A stretch of DNA of 64,000 nucleotides, taken from positions 832,001 through 896,000 of the forward strand of contig CAWGMQ010000003.1 in the NCBI GenBank assembly GCA_963823665.1. The letters are read 5' to 3'. The stretch comes from an uncultured Planctomycetota bacterium. GTDB lineage: Bacteria > Planctomycetota > Planctomycetia > Isosphaerales > Isosphaeraceae. This document shows, piece by piece, positions 39,823 to 51,609 of the stretch (its first letter is position 1; each line of letters opens with the position of its first letter). The notes below the pieces were generated by a model. That model saw only the letters and a list, made by a program, of their open reading frames with translations, had not been told where the DNA came from and ran no database searches. Made by a program: the position numbers and the translations under genes.

Positions 39823-41408
39823 ATGGCCATCGGCCTCGAGTCACTCGCTATCGAGTTCGGAGCAGCGGAGGTGCTGCGCAACGCCCCAACGGCGATCTTG
39901 TATGAGCACGCAATTGTGCGAGAGAAGGCAGCCATCCTTTCCTCGGGCGCGCTGGCGACTTATTCCGGCGAAAAGACCGGCCGCAGCCCGCTCGACAAGC
40001 GAATCGTCGATAACCCCGAGAGCACGAGCGAGATCTGGTGGGGGAATGTCAACATACCCGCGAGCGACTCGAGCTTTCTCGCCTGCCGGCAGCAAGCCCT
40101 CGATCACCTCTGTTCGCTGGAGCTCGGTCTACGTCGTCGACGGTTTTGCCGGGTGGGACCCGGAATACCGGATCAAGGTGCGCGTCGTGTGCGCACGGGC
40201 TTATCATGCGCTCTTCATGCACAACCTCTTGATCCGGCCGAGCGATGCAGGAGCTCGAAGATTTCGGCGAGCCCGACCTGGTGATCTTTAACGCGGGCGA
40301 CCAGCGCGCGGACCGTCGCATCGAAGGCGTCTCCTCGGGCACCAGCGTGATGCTCAACCTCGAGCGCCGTGCACTGGTGCTTCTTGGCACCAACTACGCC
40401 GGCGAGATGAAGAAGGGCGTTTTCACCGCGATGAACTACTGGATGCCACAGAGCGGCATTCTCTCGATGCACTGCAGCGCCAACCAGGGCGCGCGGGGCG
40501 ACACGACGCTCTTCTTCGGTCTCTCGGGAACGGGAAAGACCACGCTGTCGTCCGATCCTCGCCGCCGCTTGATCGGTGACGACGAACATTGCTGGAGTGG
40601 CAACGGCGTCTTCAATATCGAAGGAGGGTGCTACGCCAAGTGCCTGGGGCTCTCGCAGGAACAAGAACCGCAAATCTACGGCGCAATCCGGTTCGGCGCT
40701 GTGCTCGAGAACGTGGTTCACGACCCGCTCTCTCGTGCGCCCGACTACAACGATCGGTCGCTTACCGAGAACACCCGCGCCTGCTACCCCATCGAGCACA
40801 TTTACAATGCGCTCGTGCCCTGCGTCAGCGGGCACCCGCAGAATATCATTTTTCTGACCTGCGACGCCTTCGGCGTGCTGCCGCCGGTGAGCCGGTTGAC
40901 CCCCGAGCAGGCAACCTACCATTTCCTGAGCGGATACACCGCCAAGGTCGCTGGAACCGAGGTGGGCGTCGCCGCGCCCCAGGCCACGTTCTCCGCATGC
41001 TTCGGCGCCGCGTTCTTGGTCCTGCACCCCACTCGTTACGGGGCGTTCCTCGCCGACAAGATCCGCATTCACAAGGCACAGGCGTGGCTCGTCAACACCG
41101 GCTGGACCGGGGGGCCGTACGGCGTCGGCTCGCGAATCAAACTGGGCTACACCCGCGCGATCATCGACGCGATTCACGACGGCTCGCTGCTCCAAGTGCC
41201 GGCTGTGCAAGACAACCGCTGGAAGCTCCAGATTCCCACGTCCTGCCCCGGGGTGCCCGCTCAACTGCTGCAGCCGCGCGACTCGTGGCGAGATCCGCAT
41301 GCGTACGAACAAGCCGCCGATCAGCTCGCGGCACTCTTTCGACAGAATTTCGAAAGGAACTTCGGGGCGGCGTCGGATGGGTCGCGCGAAAGCAATCCGG
41401 CGATTTGA
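39823..41408 (+). CDS. pckA: Phosphoenolpyruvate carboxykinase (ATP) (apparent frameshifts near 40120 and 40245)
   Basis: [44 protein letters not shown] and FSACFG motifs; GGAGG RBS. Confidence 0.95.
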
Positions 41409-41580
41409 GCCGTCCGTTCCTCACGGTTCGGTGGATGACGGACGTGCGGGATCGACGCTCTCGAGCCGCGAGAGCGACCGGTCGATCTCGGCTTCCACTT
41501 CACCGAGGGGGATTCTCCGTGTGCATGCCGCTCGCTCGTCAAGGAATCGCGTCGGTGTTGCTGACCGGTGTGATGTCCGG

Positions 41581-42969
41581 CTACCAGACCGACACCGCGA
41601 TCGTCACGTCCGCCAGGCCCTCTCCGCGTCTGACGAGGTGTTCGACCAACCGAGAATTCTTGGCGGCAGCAACATTCAGAGTGATGGCCTCTGTCGGTGC
41701 GTTGCTCCACACGAATCGCCCGTCGGCATCGGTCTTGCCCCTCCAGCCAAGCCGGTCAAAGCCGGTGAGCTTGACCTCAGGGATAACGATAGCGCCGACC
41801 ACTGGCTTGCCGTCACCATCGACAACCCGTCCGCGGATGCTGCGGCCTTTACTGAGCCGAAACACGAACGAGGGCGTACACGGGCCGGCTTTGTTAACCT
41901 GGTTTGCATCAATCGAGACTGCTGGGCCGCCGGCTTCCAACGGAGCAGCTGGCAGTGGCTCGTGTTCGGGATCAGGAGGGCCGAAGCGCACCTCCTTCAC
42001 GCCGGCCGCGAAGCCCGGCACTTTGACGGTCACCATCGAAATGCCCGCCGGACAGTTCTCGAAGCGGAAATGCCCGGCTGCGTCAGTTTTCTGGCGAATG
42101 CGCGGGGTCGGATCCTCGGATTCAAGCTCTTGTAAAATCTGAGCGTCATAAACCCGGGACCAAGGGAACAGGCCGTGATGACGCGGAGGTTCCTTCGAAC
42201 TCCAGAACGTGACGGCAGCTCCCGTAACAGCCTCTCCACGCTCGTTCATAACCTCGCCGCTCAGGGTGAATCCCTTCTGAAGCACGACGACTGCCCTCAT
42301 CGCACGAAGATCCTTGATCGACAGTGCCCGGTCGAACGCCCAACGGTTGCTCACGAAGCCCGAATGCTCAACGCGGAAGTTGAGCTTCCCGCGCTCGACC
42401 GACGCCGGAAGGAGTGCGCTGCCCCACCGGCCCTCGGAATCGCTCACGAGAGAGCGAGTCGGAGGCATAGATGGTGTTTCGGTTTTTTCGACCTGAAAAT
42501 CGTGCGAGAACCTGCCCACGAAAAGCCTCGCTCCGGCGACCGGCCGGCCCTCCTCGTCGCGAACGAGACCGCCGATCGGCGCACCTCGATCCAAAACCAA
42601 CGTGTAGCTGGCGGGCACGCCCGGCTCCCTCGGACCATCCAGCCAGCCTAGCCGAATGGGCACGAATCCCTCTTTCCAGGATTGGATCACAAAATACTCG
42701 ACTTGGTCCTTGCGCGGAGGGACTGGCACGGTGCAACGGCCAAGGTTGTCGGTTGTGGCTCGGAAATCCTTGGTGCCGTCGGGATTCGACAGGATTGTAA
42801 TCTCGACCCGTGCGACAGGCTGCTTGGTCCCCCGATCCATCACAGACAGTTCCAGGACGCGATCTCGTGAGCTCAAAGCCTCGCGCGGAGAAGCCTTCTG
42901 TTCGGCGGCGACTGATTCGAGGGAGAGCACGAGCACCAGACCAGCGAAAGCCGTCCATGATTTGCCCAT
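41581..42969 (-). CDS. Exported protein with carboxypeptidase-regulatory-like (transthyretin-fold) repeats
   Basis: Signal peptide; repeated G.V.DE.G.PV.GA...TD..GRF units; AGGAG RBS. Confidence 0.75.
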   Translation of the reverse strand: MGKSWTAFAGLVLVLSLESVAAEQKASPREALSSRDRVLELSVMDRGTKQPVARVEITILSNPDGTKDFRATTDNLGRCTVPVPPRKDQVEYFVIQSWKEGFVPIRLGWLDGPREPGVPASYTLVLDRGAPIGGLVRDEEGRPVAGARLFVGRFSHDFQVEKTETPSMPPTRSLVSDSEGRWGSALLPASVERGKLNFRVEHSGFVSNRWAFDRALSIKDLRAMRAVVVLQKGFTLSGEVMNERGEAVTGAAVTFWSSKEPPRHHGLFPWSRVYDAQILQELESEDPTPRIRQKTDAAGHFRFENCPAGISMVTVKVPGFAAGVKEVRFGPPDPEHEPLPAAPLEAGGPAVSIDANQVNKAGPCTPSFVFRLSKGRSIRGRVVDGDGKPVVGAIVIPEVKLTGFDRLGWRGKTDADGRFVWSNAPTEAITLNVAAAKNSRLVEHLVRRGEGLADVTIAVSVW

Positions 42970-43236
42970 CGCCGACTCCTTTCGCTTGACTATTCGCATC
43001 AAATGCTTACTGCTGAGTCTAGCTGCAGAGAAGGATTTCCAAAACACCGGATTGCCCAACGAACAGCACAACCCGCAGGTCCGTAGGCTCGCACGTATTC
43101 GGCTGTGATCCGACCCAGGCTTGAGGGCGTGATTCCGTTATGCCCCTCAGAGACGGATTGAGCACCTTCGATCGCCCGACCAAGACGCCGAAATCGACCG
43201 CGCTCGTTGCCTCCGAGTTCGACGGTGAGCTGGGCT

Positions 43237-44598
43237 TCAATGGCCTCGCTCTTTCCCCCGCCGGTAACTCGCATCCAGCAGATCCACCGGATGCACGACC
43301 TCGATCGCCCCGCCCCGCTCCTTCACCTTGCGGGCGATCTGCATGATGCAGCCCACGTTGCCGGTGGCCACGATCGCGGCGCCGGTCTTTTCGATATTGT
43401 CCATCTTCCGCGTGCCGAGCCGCTCGGACATCTCGGGCTGCGTGAGATTGTACGTGCCGGCGGCTCCGCAGCAGATCTCGGACTCCTCAAGGGGAACGAC
43501 CTCGACACCGGGAATCATCGCGAGCAGCGCCCGCGGCTGGCTCCGGATCTGCTGGCCGTGGCAAAGGTGGCAGGCGTCGTGATACGCCACCTTGCACGGA
43601 AGCGAGCCGCGCGGCGGAATCGGCCCGAGCGCGACCAGGAACTCCGAGATATCTTTCACCTTTGAAACGAAGCGGGCCGCCTGGTCATGCGACTCTCCGG
43701 GCAGGACGTGCGCATAATCTTTGAGCATCGCCCCGCAGCCGGCAGCGTTGACGATGATCGCGTCAGGCTCCAGCTCCCCGAAGACGGCCAGATTCTTCCT
43801 GGCCAGGTCAAGCGCCGGGGCCTCGACGCCCGAGTGGTAGTGGATCGCCCCGCAACAGACTTGCCCGCGGGGGATCACAACCTCGCAGCCGTTCTCTTGC
43901 AGCACCCTCGCGGTAGCCGCGTTGGTCTCGGGAAACATCGCGTCGGCGACGCAACCGAGGAAGAGCGCGACTCGCGCCCGCTTGGGCCCAACCGGCGGCA
44001 GCACCTCCGGCAAGCGGCTGCCCGCCCCGGAGAGCTTCGGCAACATGGCCTCCATGCGCCGGAGCGTGGGCGGTAAAAGTCGCATCAGCCCGGCTCGTTC
44101 GATGAGATCGAGCACGCCGAGCTTCTGCATCCAGCGCGCCGGGGCGATCGCCCACCGCACGCGCCCGGAATACGGAAACAGATGGTGCAAAATCAAGCGC
44201 TCGAGCCAGCTCGACTTCTCATTGCCCTGGGCAGAGCTTGCCATGGCGATTTTGAATGGTTCGATCATCTTGCCGTACTGGACGCCGGACGGGCACGCCG
44301 ACTCGCAGGCGCGACAGTCGAGGCAGAGCTCGAGGTGCTCGCGCACGCCGGGCCCCATCTCAAGGCGGCCGTCGGCGATCGCTCGCATCAAGTAGATACG
44401 GCCGCGCGGGCTGTCGTTTTCATCACATGTCTCGATATACGTCGGGCAGCTCGCCGTGCAGAGACCGCAATGCACGCATTCCTGGTAGCGACGATACGGG
44501 ATCTTGTCCGACAGCCAGGCCAGGTCAATCGGCGAGGATTGCGGAGGCCCGGCGGCCGGAGATGAAGCCGTCGCAGGTTCGGTCTGGGCGAGCGTCAT
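43237..44598 (-). CDS. glcF: Glycolate oxidase iron-sulfur subunit
   Basis: CVHCGLCTASCP and CLDCRACESACP ferredoxin motifs; two CCG domains. Confidence 0.9.
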   Translation of the reverse strand: MTLAQTEPATASSPAAGPPQSSPIDLAWLSDKIPYRRYQECVHCGLCTASCPTYIETCDENDSPRGRIYLMRAIADGRLEMGPGVREHLELCLDCRACESACPSGVQYGKMIEPFKIAMASSAQGNEKSSWLERLILHHLFPYSGRVRWAIAPARWMQKLGVLDLIERAGLMRLLPPTLRRMEAMLPKLSGAGSRLPEVLPPVGPKRARVALFLGCVADAMFPETNAATARVLQENGCEVVIPRGQVCCGAIHYHSGVEAPALDLARKNLAVFGELEPDAIIVNAAGCGAMLKDYAHVLPGESHDQAARFVSKVKDISEFLVALGPIPPRGSLPCKVAYHDACHLCHGQQIRSQPRALLAMIPGVEVVPLEESEICCGAAGTYNLTQPEMSERLGTRKMDNIEKTGAAIVATGNVGCIMQIARKVKERGGAIEVVHPVDLLDASYRRGKERGH

Positions 44599-44693
44599 GG
44601 GGAGAATCGCCTCGGGTTGGTTGTCTTTCGGGGCGCTGCGGGGGTTTCTTCGGTCGCGTGTTGCGAGGAAGATGGGGATGGCTTCCGCTGGGG

Positions 44694-45001
44694 CTCACCC
44701 CCCCTGGCCCCCCCTTCTAAGGGGGGGAAAGTGTCTTGGTGATGCGTTCGTTTGGAACCGATCGTTCGGGAGATGGTTCGGGCGCGGGACGACGCTCGCC
44801 CTCACCCCCCCTGCCCCCCCCTTCTAGAGGGGGGGAAAGGGATTGGCGGAAGCCCTCGTTCGTGTGCATCACCGCGGGGACGTGCGGTGCAGCTTCGGGG
44901 GAGTTCTCGTCGCCGCGCCGGCGCAGACGACGGCCGCTACCACGCGCCGGGCCTGCGTTCTTCTCCCTTCCCCCCCTTAAGAAGGGGGGGCCAGGGGGGG
45001 T
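44694..45001. repeat. Three poly-C/poly-G REP-like palindromes (44694-44730, 44801-44840, inverted copy 44965-45001)
   Basis: Consensus ACCCCCCCTGGCCCCCCCTT-N-AAGGGGGGGAA. Confidence 0.85.
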
Positions 45002-45394
45002 CCCCGGCGGCTGACTCGCAGCATTCAGAGCGCGCCGCTCGAGCACCGCTGTACCGATCGCCTTCAGCACGCCATCGAGATTCTCGTCCATATCCGCGTT
45101 CAGAAACCTCATGATCCTGATGCCGAACGAATTGATGAACGCTGTTCGCTTCTCATCGTATGCTCGTGCGCCTTCGCGAAAATGGCTATCACCATCAAGC
45201 TCGATCCCAAGCTTGATTTCGGGCGAATAGAAGTCAATCACGAAAGACCCAACGCTGTATTGCCGACGAAACTTACAGCCGGCCATCTGCCGCCCCTTCA
45301 GGCGTGCCCACAAGATCACCTCGGCCCGGGCCATCTCATTGCGCAGATGCCTGCGATTGTCACCGTCTTTCAACCGATTGAAGACCTCAGTCAT
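44717..45394 (-). CDS. DUF559 / Vsr-like PD-(D/E)xK endonuclease; the ORF runs on through the REP copies
   Basis: RHLRNEMARAEVILWARLKGRQ, KFRRQY, IDFY, IELDGDSH, YDEKRT and IMRFLN motifs; core ends near 45030. Confidence 0.88.
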   Translation of the reverse strand: MTEVFNRLKDGDNRRHLRNEMARAEVILWARLKGRQMAGCKFRRQYSVGSFVIDFYSPEIKLGIELDGDSHFREGARAYDEKRTAFINSFGIRIMRFLNADMDENLDGVLKAIGTAVLERRALNAASQPPGTPPGPPFLRGGREKNAGPARGSGRRLRRRGDENSPEAAPHVPAVMHTNEGFRQSLSPPLEGGGRGGEGERRPAPEPSPERSVPNERITKTLSPP

Positions 45395-45409
45395 GCCGCG
45401 ATCCACCAC

Positions 45410-46684
45410 TCAAATTGTACCCACAAACCGCCCCGGGTTCATCGCATGATGCGGATCGAGCGCCGCCTTCACCCGCTCAGCCGATGGCCCAGTCAGCGCG
45501 GGGCTCGCCCCAGACGCGAAGCATCTGCTTCAAGTCCGACAGGACAGCGAGAGAGGATCAAGTTTCCGCCGTCTGCGACCGCAGTCCGCCGAAGATCGCC
45601 GATCTGCGATTTGGCCGCTTCCAAGCTTTCCTCACCGATCGCGTGGGCTCGGACAATCCCATTCCCTGCGTGCGCCTGCACGGCCCAGATGCCCGGGGTC
45701 GAGGCTCGGTGACGAACGAAACAACCGACGACGGACGCAGGTTGGCGACAAAACTGATTGCGCCCATCGCGGCCGCTTGAAACTCGATCAAGCTCGCCCA
45801 GAGCGCGCTCGTCTGTTCCTCGCCGGCAATCGTTCAGATCGCCGTCTTTGAGCTCACTGCGAAGCCGATCGAGCTGCCAGCTCACGGTCGGCGCGTTTTC
45901 TTCGTAGCCGATGACGAGGATCGCTTCACCGTTCGGGCAAGCTCCGCTCTTTGCCGAGCGCCCGGGCGGCCGGCGAATTCAATAGCTCGACTGCGATCGG
46001 ACGGGTCTGGGATACATTCAGCTCTCGAGTGCCTCGGCGGCACGGTCCAGGCTCCGAAAGCAAACCCAGGCAATCGCCGACCTTTCCGGGATCGGCCTGA
46101 CCTTCAAGGTGAGCTGGGTGATGATTCCCAGCGTTCCCATCGAGCCAGTCAATAGCTTTGGCAGATCGTACCCGGCGACGTTCTTGACGACCCGGCCGCC
46201 CCCCTTCACCACCACCCCTTCCGACGTCACGAAGCTCACGCCGATAATCTGGTCGCGGGGCCTGCCCGCGCCGAAGCTTCGTGGCCCGCTGGTGTTGGTG
46301 GCGTAGATCCCGCCGAGAGTCGCCCGGTCGGGAAACGGTGCGTCCACCAGCAATCGCTGCTGCTTGACCGGCCAGGATCGCGGAGAGGGCCGCAAGCGTC
46401 ATGCCGGCCTCGACCGTGATCGTCATGTCGGCATAAGGGTAATCGATCAACCGGCTGATCATGCGAGTGCTGATCGCAACCCCGGCACGCGCCGGCGTGC
46501 CGCCATAGTCGAGCGCAGTCTTTCCCCCTTGCGGATAGATCGCCCGTCCCAGGGCAACCTGCTCGCGAACTGCCTGGCATAGGGCAGGGATGTCGCCGGG
46601 TTGAACCTCGGCGTGAGCCATCCGGCCGTCACCAAGTGCGATACGTGCTCCCTCGCTGTCGGGCCAGGCTTCGGGCGCGTTCAA
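45410..46684 (-). CDS. glcE: Glycolate oxidase FAD-binding subunit (several apparent frameshifts)
   Basis: DMTITVEAG, TLGG, GGRVVKNVAGYDLPKL and GSMGTLG motifs; C-terminal KAALDPHHAMNPGRF. Confidence 0.87.
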
Positions 46685-47628
46685 TTCGGTCGCTCCCAGC
46701 CGGGTTGCGCGGGGGGGTAAAAGCGGATGTCCTGGTCCGAGAGGATGCGCTCGACAGCCTCCTGCACGGTGCGGATCGCCTGGATCACGCGCTCGTCGAA
46801 GGCGCCCGGCCAGGCGTCCGTGAGCAAGACCTGCGACTCAAGCGCCAGGCGATAGAGATTGTGCGCGAGGCGACGATTGAGGGTTCTCGCTGCCGCGCAG
46901 CTCTTTCTCGAGCTGTTCGAGTGCCGCTTCGAGCTCCGCGACCTTGGCCGGCGGCACCGCTTCGCCACGCCTGAGGCACGGGAGAAAGCCCGATTCGTCG
47001 TCATCCATTGCTACGTGCGACGACAGGATTTCGCTCGCGGATCGGTCGTTCATCAGTTGCACCATCGGCGTCAAGGTCGCGGGTGGAACAGTGTTTGCGT
47101 GCGGCAAGACGCGGACCTGGAGGCGCTCGCGCTCGGGCAGGCGGCAACGGCCGGCAACGAATCGACAGCGGGCGCTGGCACGCCGGGTGTCGCCGGCTCT
47201 GGCTCCGGATAATACACCTCGACGGCGGGCGGAGCCTCGATGAAGATCGGCGCATCTGCGGGCAGAGCAACCGCGGGGGGCTCGGCCTTCTCATCTGACC
47301 GCTTGTGCCACTCGGCGAGATAGTCCGGGTCGTCGGCGATTTCCTTCAGTCCTTCGAGCGGGCCTCGCCTGGATTCGAACCCGGCGATCTTCTGCCGCAC
47401 TCGCTCGTCTTCGATCGCCCGCATGAGCAGCAGCGCGCAATAATCCTGAATGCTCGCGACTCCGGCCTTCTCGGCAAGCGCTTCAGCCAGGTCGAGGATC
47501 CGGGCCGGCACGTAGAGGATGATACGGTCGAGCTCGGTTCCGGACGTGCCAGGCCGATGGTCGCCGGTCCGAAAGACCGCCCGGAAGCCGCCGCCATCGC
47601 GAGAATCTCGGTCGCTTGGCCACGGCAT
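46681..47628 (-). CDS. Hypothetical protein, probably one gene broken by frameshifts (or two genes)
   Basis: Protein-like pieces in three frames: RIILYVPARILDLAEALA, SEILSSHV...GFLPCLRRGE and RRLAHNLYRLALESQVLLTDAWPG; stop overlaps the glcE start. Confidence 0.55.
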
Positions 47629-47764
47629 TCCTTCCGAGCGGGATACGAGGACAACACGATCGGCACGCACTCCGCATTCAAGCGCGCTCGATCACGACGC
47701 TCCCAGAATACACGGTTTGTCGAGGCGGGTGAATCGCGAAGTGGGGCGAACGCCAACGTACTGC

Positions 47765-48145
47765 TCACAATTCTAGCGGATCACATAAATGGACCGGAAA
47801 CGGTTCCCACGGTCGCCAGGCAGCCTGCTCCAATTTCCTCTTGATTTGAGAATGGTACGCAGCATTCCGCAAGGCCTCCTTCCTGCGCTCGGCGTCCGAC
47901 CGTAGGGACGCGAAATGATGACGTTTTGCGGGTGCTATCATCGATGCAAGGGACATGCCGCAGACGGCAATAGGCGGCAGGTTTTCCGCATACGATTCCT
48001 CGTAACGCGCTTCAGCAGCGTGCGTCCGGGCGTGCTTCATGCATCGATTCCAGTGCACCCAAGCCAGCCAACTCCAGAGCAACATTGCCGCGCCGGCCAC
48101 CACGACCATCCATCGGCGTGTTGTCATGACGGGGAGTTTCATCAT
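47765..48145 (-). CDS. Small membrane-anchored hypothetical protein (paralogue A)
   Basis: MKLPVMTTRRWMVVVA N-terminus; AAYH..KRK.E.AAWRPWE C-terminus; similar to 53740-54123. Confidence 0.75.
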   Translation of the reverse strand: MMKLPVMTTRRWMVVVAGAAMLLWSWLAWVHWNRCMKHARTHAAEARYEESYAENLPPIAVCGMSLASMIAPAKRHHFASLRSDAERRKEALRNAAYHSQIKRKLEQAAWRPWEPFPVHLCDPLEL

Positions 48146-48390
48146 TCGCCTCGCTGCGAGGTGCCGGCCTGCGACGCTCCGTCGGTGAGCATAACATACC
48201 GCAAAGTTGTCTTGCGAGCGATCCTGCTGCGCTCAGGAATGCGAACGAATCGCGAACGAGACATGTTTTTCGATGCGCACTGGAATAGCCAGTGCCACCC
48301 AAATCTTGATGCGTCAGGCTCGAAGCCTGACCGACTACCGGGAAGCGTCAGGTGGAGTTCTCGCTGCGCGATGAAGTCCGCACTGCCAAA

Positions 48391-48483
48391 GTCGCCTTTC
48401 GCTCCGCGAAAGTGCGCCTTTTGAAAAAATACAGAATCGAGAATGGGCCGATCAAGACGTTCTTTCGCGGAGCGAAAGACGAC
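48391..48483. repeat. Inverted pair of REP palindromes (REPIN-like)
   Basis: GTCGCCTTTCGCTCCGCGAAAG (48391-48412) and CTTTCGCGGAGCGAAAGACGAC (48462-48483). Confidence 0.85.
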
Positions 48484-48498
48484 CATGGTACGCGAGCT

Positions 48499-50982
48499 TC
48501 ATTGCAGCCGATCGAGGAGCGCCTTCGCTTCTCGGAACCCGAGCTCCACGGCTCTCTCGGCATTCATCTTCGCTGATCGACGGTCGCCCAGCCCGAGCTG
48601 GGCCAGCGCGAGATTGAAGCGCAGCCGGCCGCTCATCTCGCGATCGGGCCCTGCTTCCAGGGCCGCCTCAAAGTCGGCCACCGCCGCGCTGTGTCGTGCT
48701 TCCTTGTAGGAGATGATGCCCCGGTTCAGCCGCGCCGCGGCGAGCTCCGGCGCCAGCTCGATCGCCCTCGTGTAGCCGCGACAAGCATCCTGGCTGCGGC
48801 CGAGCGAGTCGAACGCGAGCGCTCGGTTGTAATGGGCGACGCTCGAGCCAGGCTCGATCGCCAGGCAGACCCGGAAATCGGCGACTGCTTCGTCGAGGCG
48901 ACTGAGCCGGAAGCTGCAAAGGCCGTGGTAGAAGTTGGCCCAGAAATCCTGCGGCCTCAGATCGAGCGACCGCTGGAACGCTTCTGTGGCGTGTTCGAGT
49001 CGTCCGATGCGCAGGTTGTAACGCCCGAGCTCGTAATACTCCCACGCCGAGCTCGGCATGCGTCCGCCCCCTCGGCTGGCCGAGGGAGCGGATGGATCAT
49101 CAAGATCATCGCGGCGCGCATCCAGCGCGAAGCTCGGCCCGCACAAGGCTTCTGCTTCATCCAGCAGCACGCGGGCATGCTTCCTCGCATCCGCCAGCGC
49201 GGCCGCCGGCGCGAAAGCAACCGAAAGATCGGACAGGATCGCAGCCAGCTCGAGAAGGTCGGTCCGTATCATTCGCTCCGACTCGTCCGCGAGTGGAATT
49301 CCAGCGCCCAGGAGCTGAGTTTTCCGCTCCCAGACCGCGCGACAGAGGCGCAGCAGTGTCTGTCCCTCCGCTCGAGACGGCAGCTCGACGCCGTACCCGG
49401 CCCGAACCCGGTCGGCGAGATCGTGCAGGTCTGCCGCCAGCCGCCCTCGTTCGGCAAGCTGCAGCTCGCTGCGCAGCGATGCTCTGAGATCAGAAGGCGC
49501 TGGGAAGATGGCGGCCGACTCGAGGCCGCGTCCGAGTGCGCGGATCGCTTCCTCAAATCGGCCGCCGGTGCGGGCTCGCCTCCCGTCTTCCAGAAGGAGG
49601 CGAACCTGACCCACTCGTTGTTGATAGACGACCATCGCGGCGCCGAGCCCAAGGCCGACGGCCATCGCGATCAACATGCCCAACATGCTCCACGCGAGCA
49701 CGCCCGGGATGGCGTCGCCGCCACTTCCTGAAAAGCGCCCGAACGCTTCGGTTGCGCACGCCGCGCAACGGTAAATCGTTCAGCTCCCGACGAAGATCCT
49801 CGGCGAGGGATGCGGCACACTCGTAGCGATCGCCCGACCTGGTCGCCAGGCATTTCCTCAGGATATCAAGGAGGCCTACGCTCACACCCGCGTGCCGTGC
49901 CAGTGCAAGCCGTGAACGGGCCCCATCACGGGCGGGAGCGACCACCCCAAGCGCTTCCGCGAGCAAAAGTCCGAGTGCATAAATGTCCGAACGCTCGTCG
50001 ACGGCCAGGGGAACGGGGCGGCCCTCCCCGATTGCCGTCATCGCGCGCTCCTGCTCAGGCGACATCCAGCCGGGAGTACCGCCCAGCCGGAGTGCGTCGC
50101 GCTCGCCGGGCAGGATCGACCCGCGCGAGGTGGAAGTCCAGAAGCATCGGCTGCCCATCCATCGTGATCAGGACGTTGGAGGGCTTGATGTCCATGTGCA
50201 CCAATCCCCGTGCGTGGGAATATTCAAGCGCGTCGGCGAGGCAAGATGCGATCCACGTCATGGCCTCGACGTACGAGGCCTGCACGAGACTGCGCCGGTA
50301 TGGCCCATCGGCGCGGCGCGGAGGGAGTCGCCCGGGTGTGGCGGTCGATCAGCTTGACGAGAAGCTCTCCGCTGCGGTCTTCCAGTGGAACGGCGGCGAG
50401 GTCTTCCAGAATCCTCGCGAGGCTCGTTCCGCCCAGGAACGGCATGCAAAGCAGTCGAAGGCCTCGCTCCGGGCACCTGTGCTCTGAAAACAGCGGCACG
50501 ATGTGCGTGTGCCGCAGCCGCGCCAGCGCCAGATGCTCATCCTCCTCGTCGGGAATCAGCTTCACCACAACCGGCCGGTCCGCCAGGCTCTCTTCGGAAG
50601 CGAGGAATGTGCGCCCCGCCCTGCCCCGCCCCAGCTCGGCCAGCAGCAAAAACGGGCCCAGCATTTCGCCGGCTTCGGGATAATCGACCAGAGCTCGCGG
50701 CGATCGGATCAGGCGATCGCATTCAAACAGTGCCCGCAAGTCCGGCCCCCAGCGCGGAAAGCGGGAAACGACCTCGGACGTCGCCACGCTCTGTCCCGCC
50801 TCTCGGCGCAGGCAGGTCTCCTCATAGATGAGACGAATGGCGCATTCCTTGTCGACATCCAGCCGGCCAGCCAGCACATCCTCGGCCGTGACCTGTGCGC
50901 CCCGGCCCCAGGCGGCCTCCATCGCCTCAACCTCGCGCGATACCCATCCCTCCCCCGAATCTTGAACGTCGGAAACGGTCAT
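48499..50982 (-). CDS. Ser/Thr protein kinase with TM segment and C-terminal TPR repeats (several apparent frameshifts)
   Basis: ELGRGRAG, VVVK, HTHIVP, HMDIKPSN, LLDFHLAR, GTPGWMSPEQ and SDIYALG motifs; TPRs in 48499-49050. Confidence 0.88.
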
Positions 50983-50992
50983 CAACGCTTCC

Positions 50993-51581
50993 TTACGAAA
51001 GGTCATCGGTCACCGCGGAGCGCCGGACGATCGAGAGCCGGTGCGCCAGCTCGTAGAGGATTCGCCGCACACTTCCCTCGTGCATCCCGGTCCGTTCGGC
51101 AATCTCGGCCAGCCGGTGACCACTCATCCTGAGCCGGACAACCTCGTGATGGGCCGGCGCGCACGCGCCCGAGGACTCGTTCCCAGAACTCGCGGCCCTG
51201 CGCCTCCTGGCTGGGGCGTGCCTGAGCCCGATCTCGCAGTGAGTGCGACGGTGTGTCGTGGAGCGATCGCTCTCGGTCCACGGCGCGAGCGTGCTTCTGA
51301 TAGCGATCGGCGAGCCGTCTCCAGGCGATGGTGCGGAGAAGCGCTTCCAGATGCGCTCGCCCGGTGAGATTCCAGCCGCCGTCGCGCACCCCACAGACCA
51401 GGTCGGCGAACACGGATTGAACGATGTCTGCCGAGTCCACCTTGGACCTCAAGCGGGGGCTGAGACGCCGCCGGACGGCGATCCTGAGATAGGGCTCATA
51501 AGCGATGAAGACCCGCGCGACGGCCTCGAGATCGCCTTCGTTCAAGCGGCCAATCCATTCATCGAGCGATCCGGAGTTCAT
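50993..51581 (-). CDS. ECF sigma-70 factor, kinase-associated planctomycete type (apparent frameshift near 51170)
   Basis: YEPYLRIAVRRRLSPRLRSKVDSADIVQSVF (region 2) and VVRLRMSGHRLAEIAERTGMHEGSVRRIL (region 4). Confidence 0.88.
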
Positions 51582-51609
51582 GGCGAGTTCCACACGCGCA
51601 TCCCAAGGT

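Noticed and set aside
44694..45001. Spaced palindromic repeats as a possible CRISPR array
   Set aside because: Only three copies, mixed orientation, irregular spacing and no cas genes; fits REP elements
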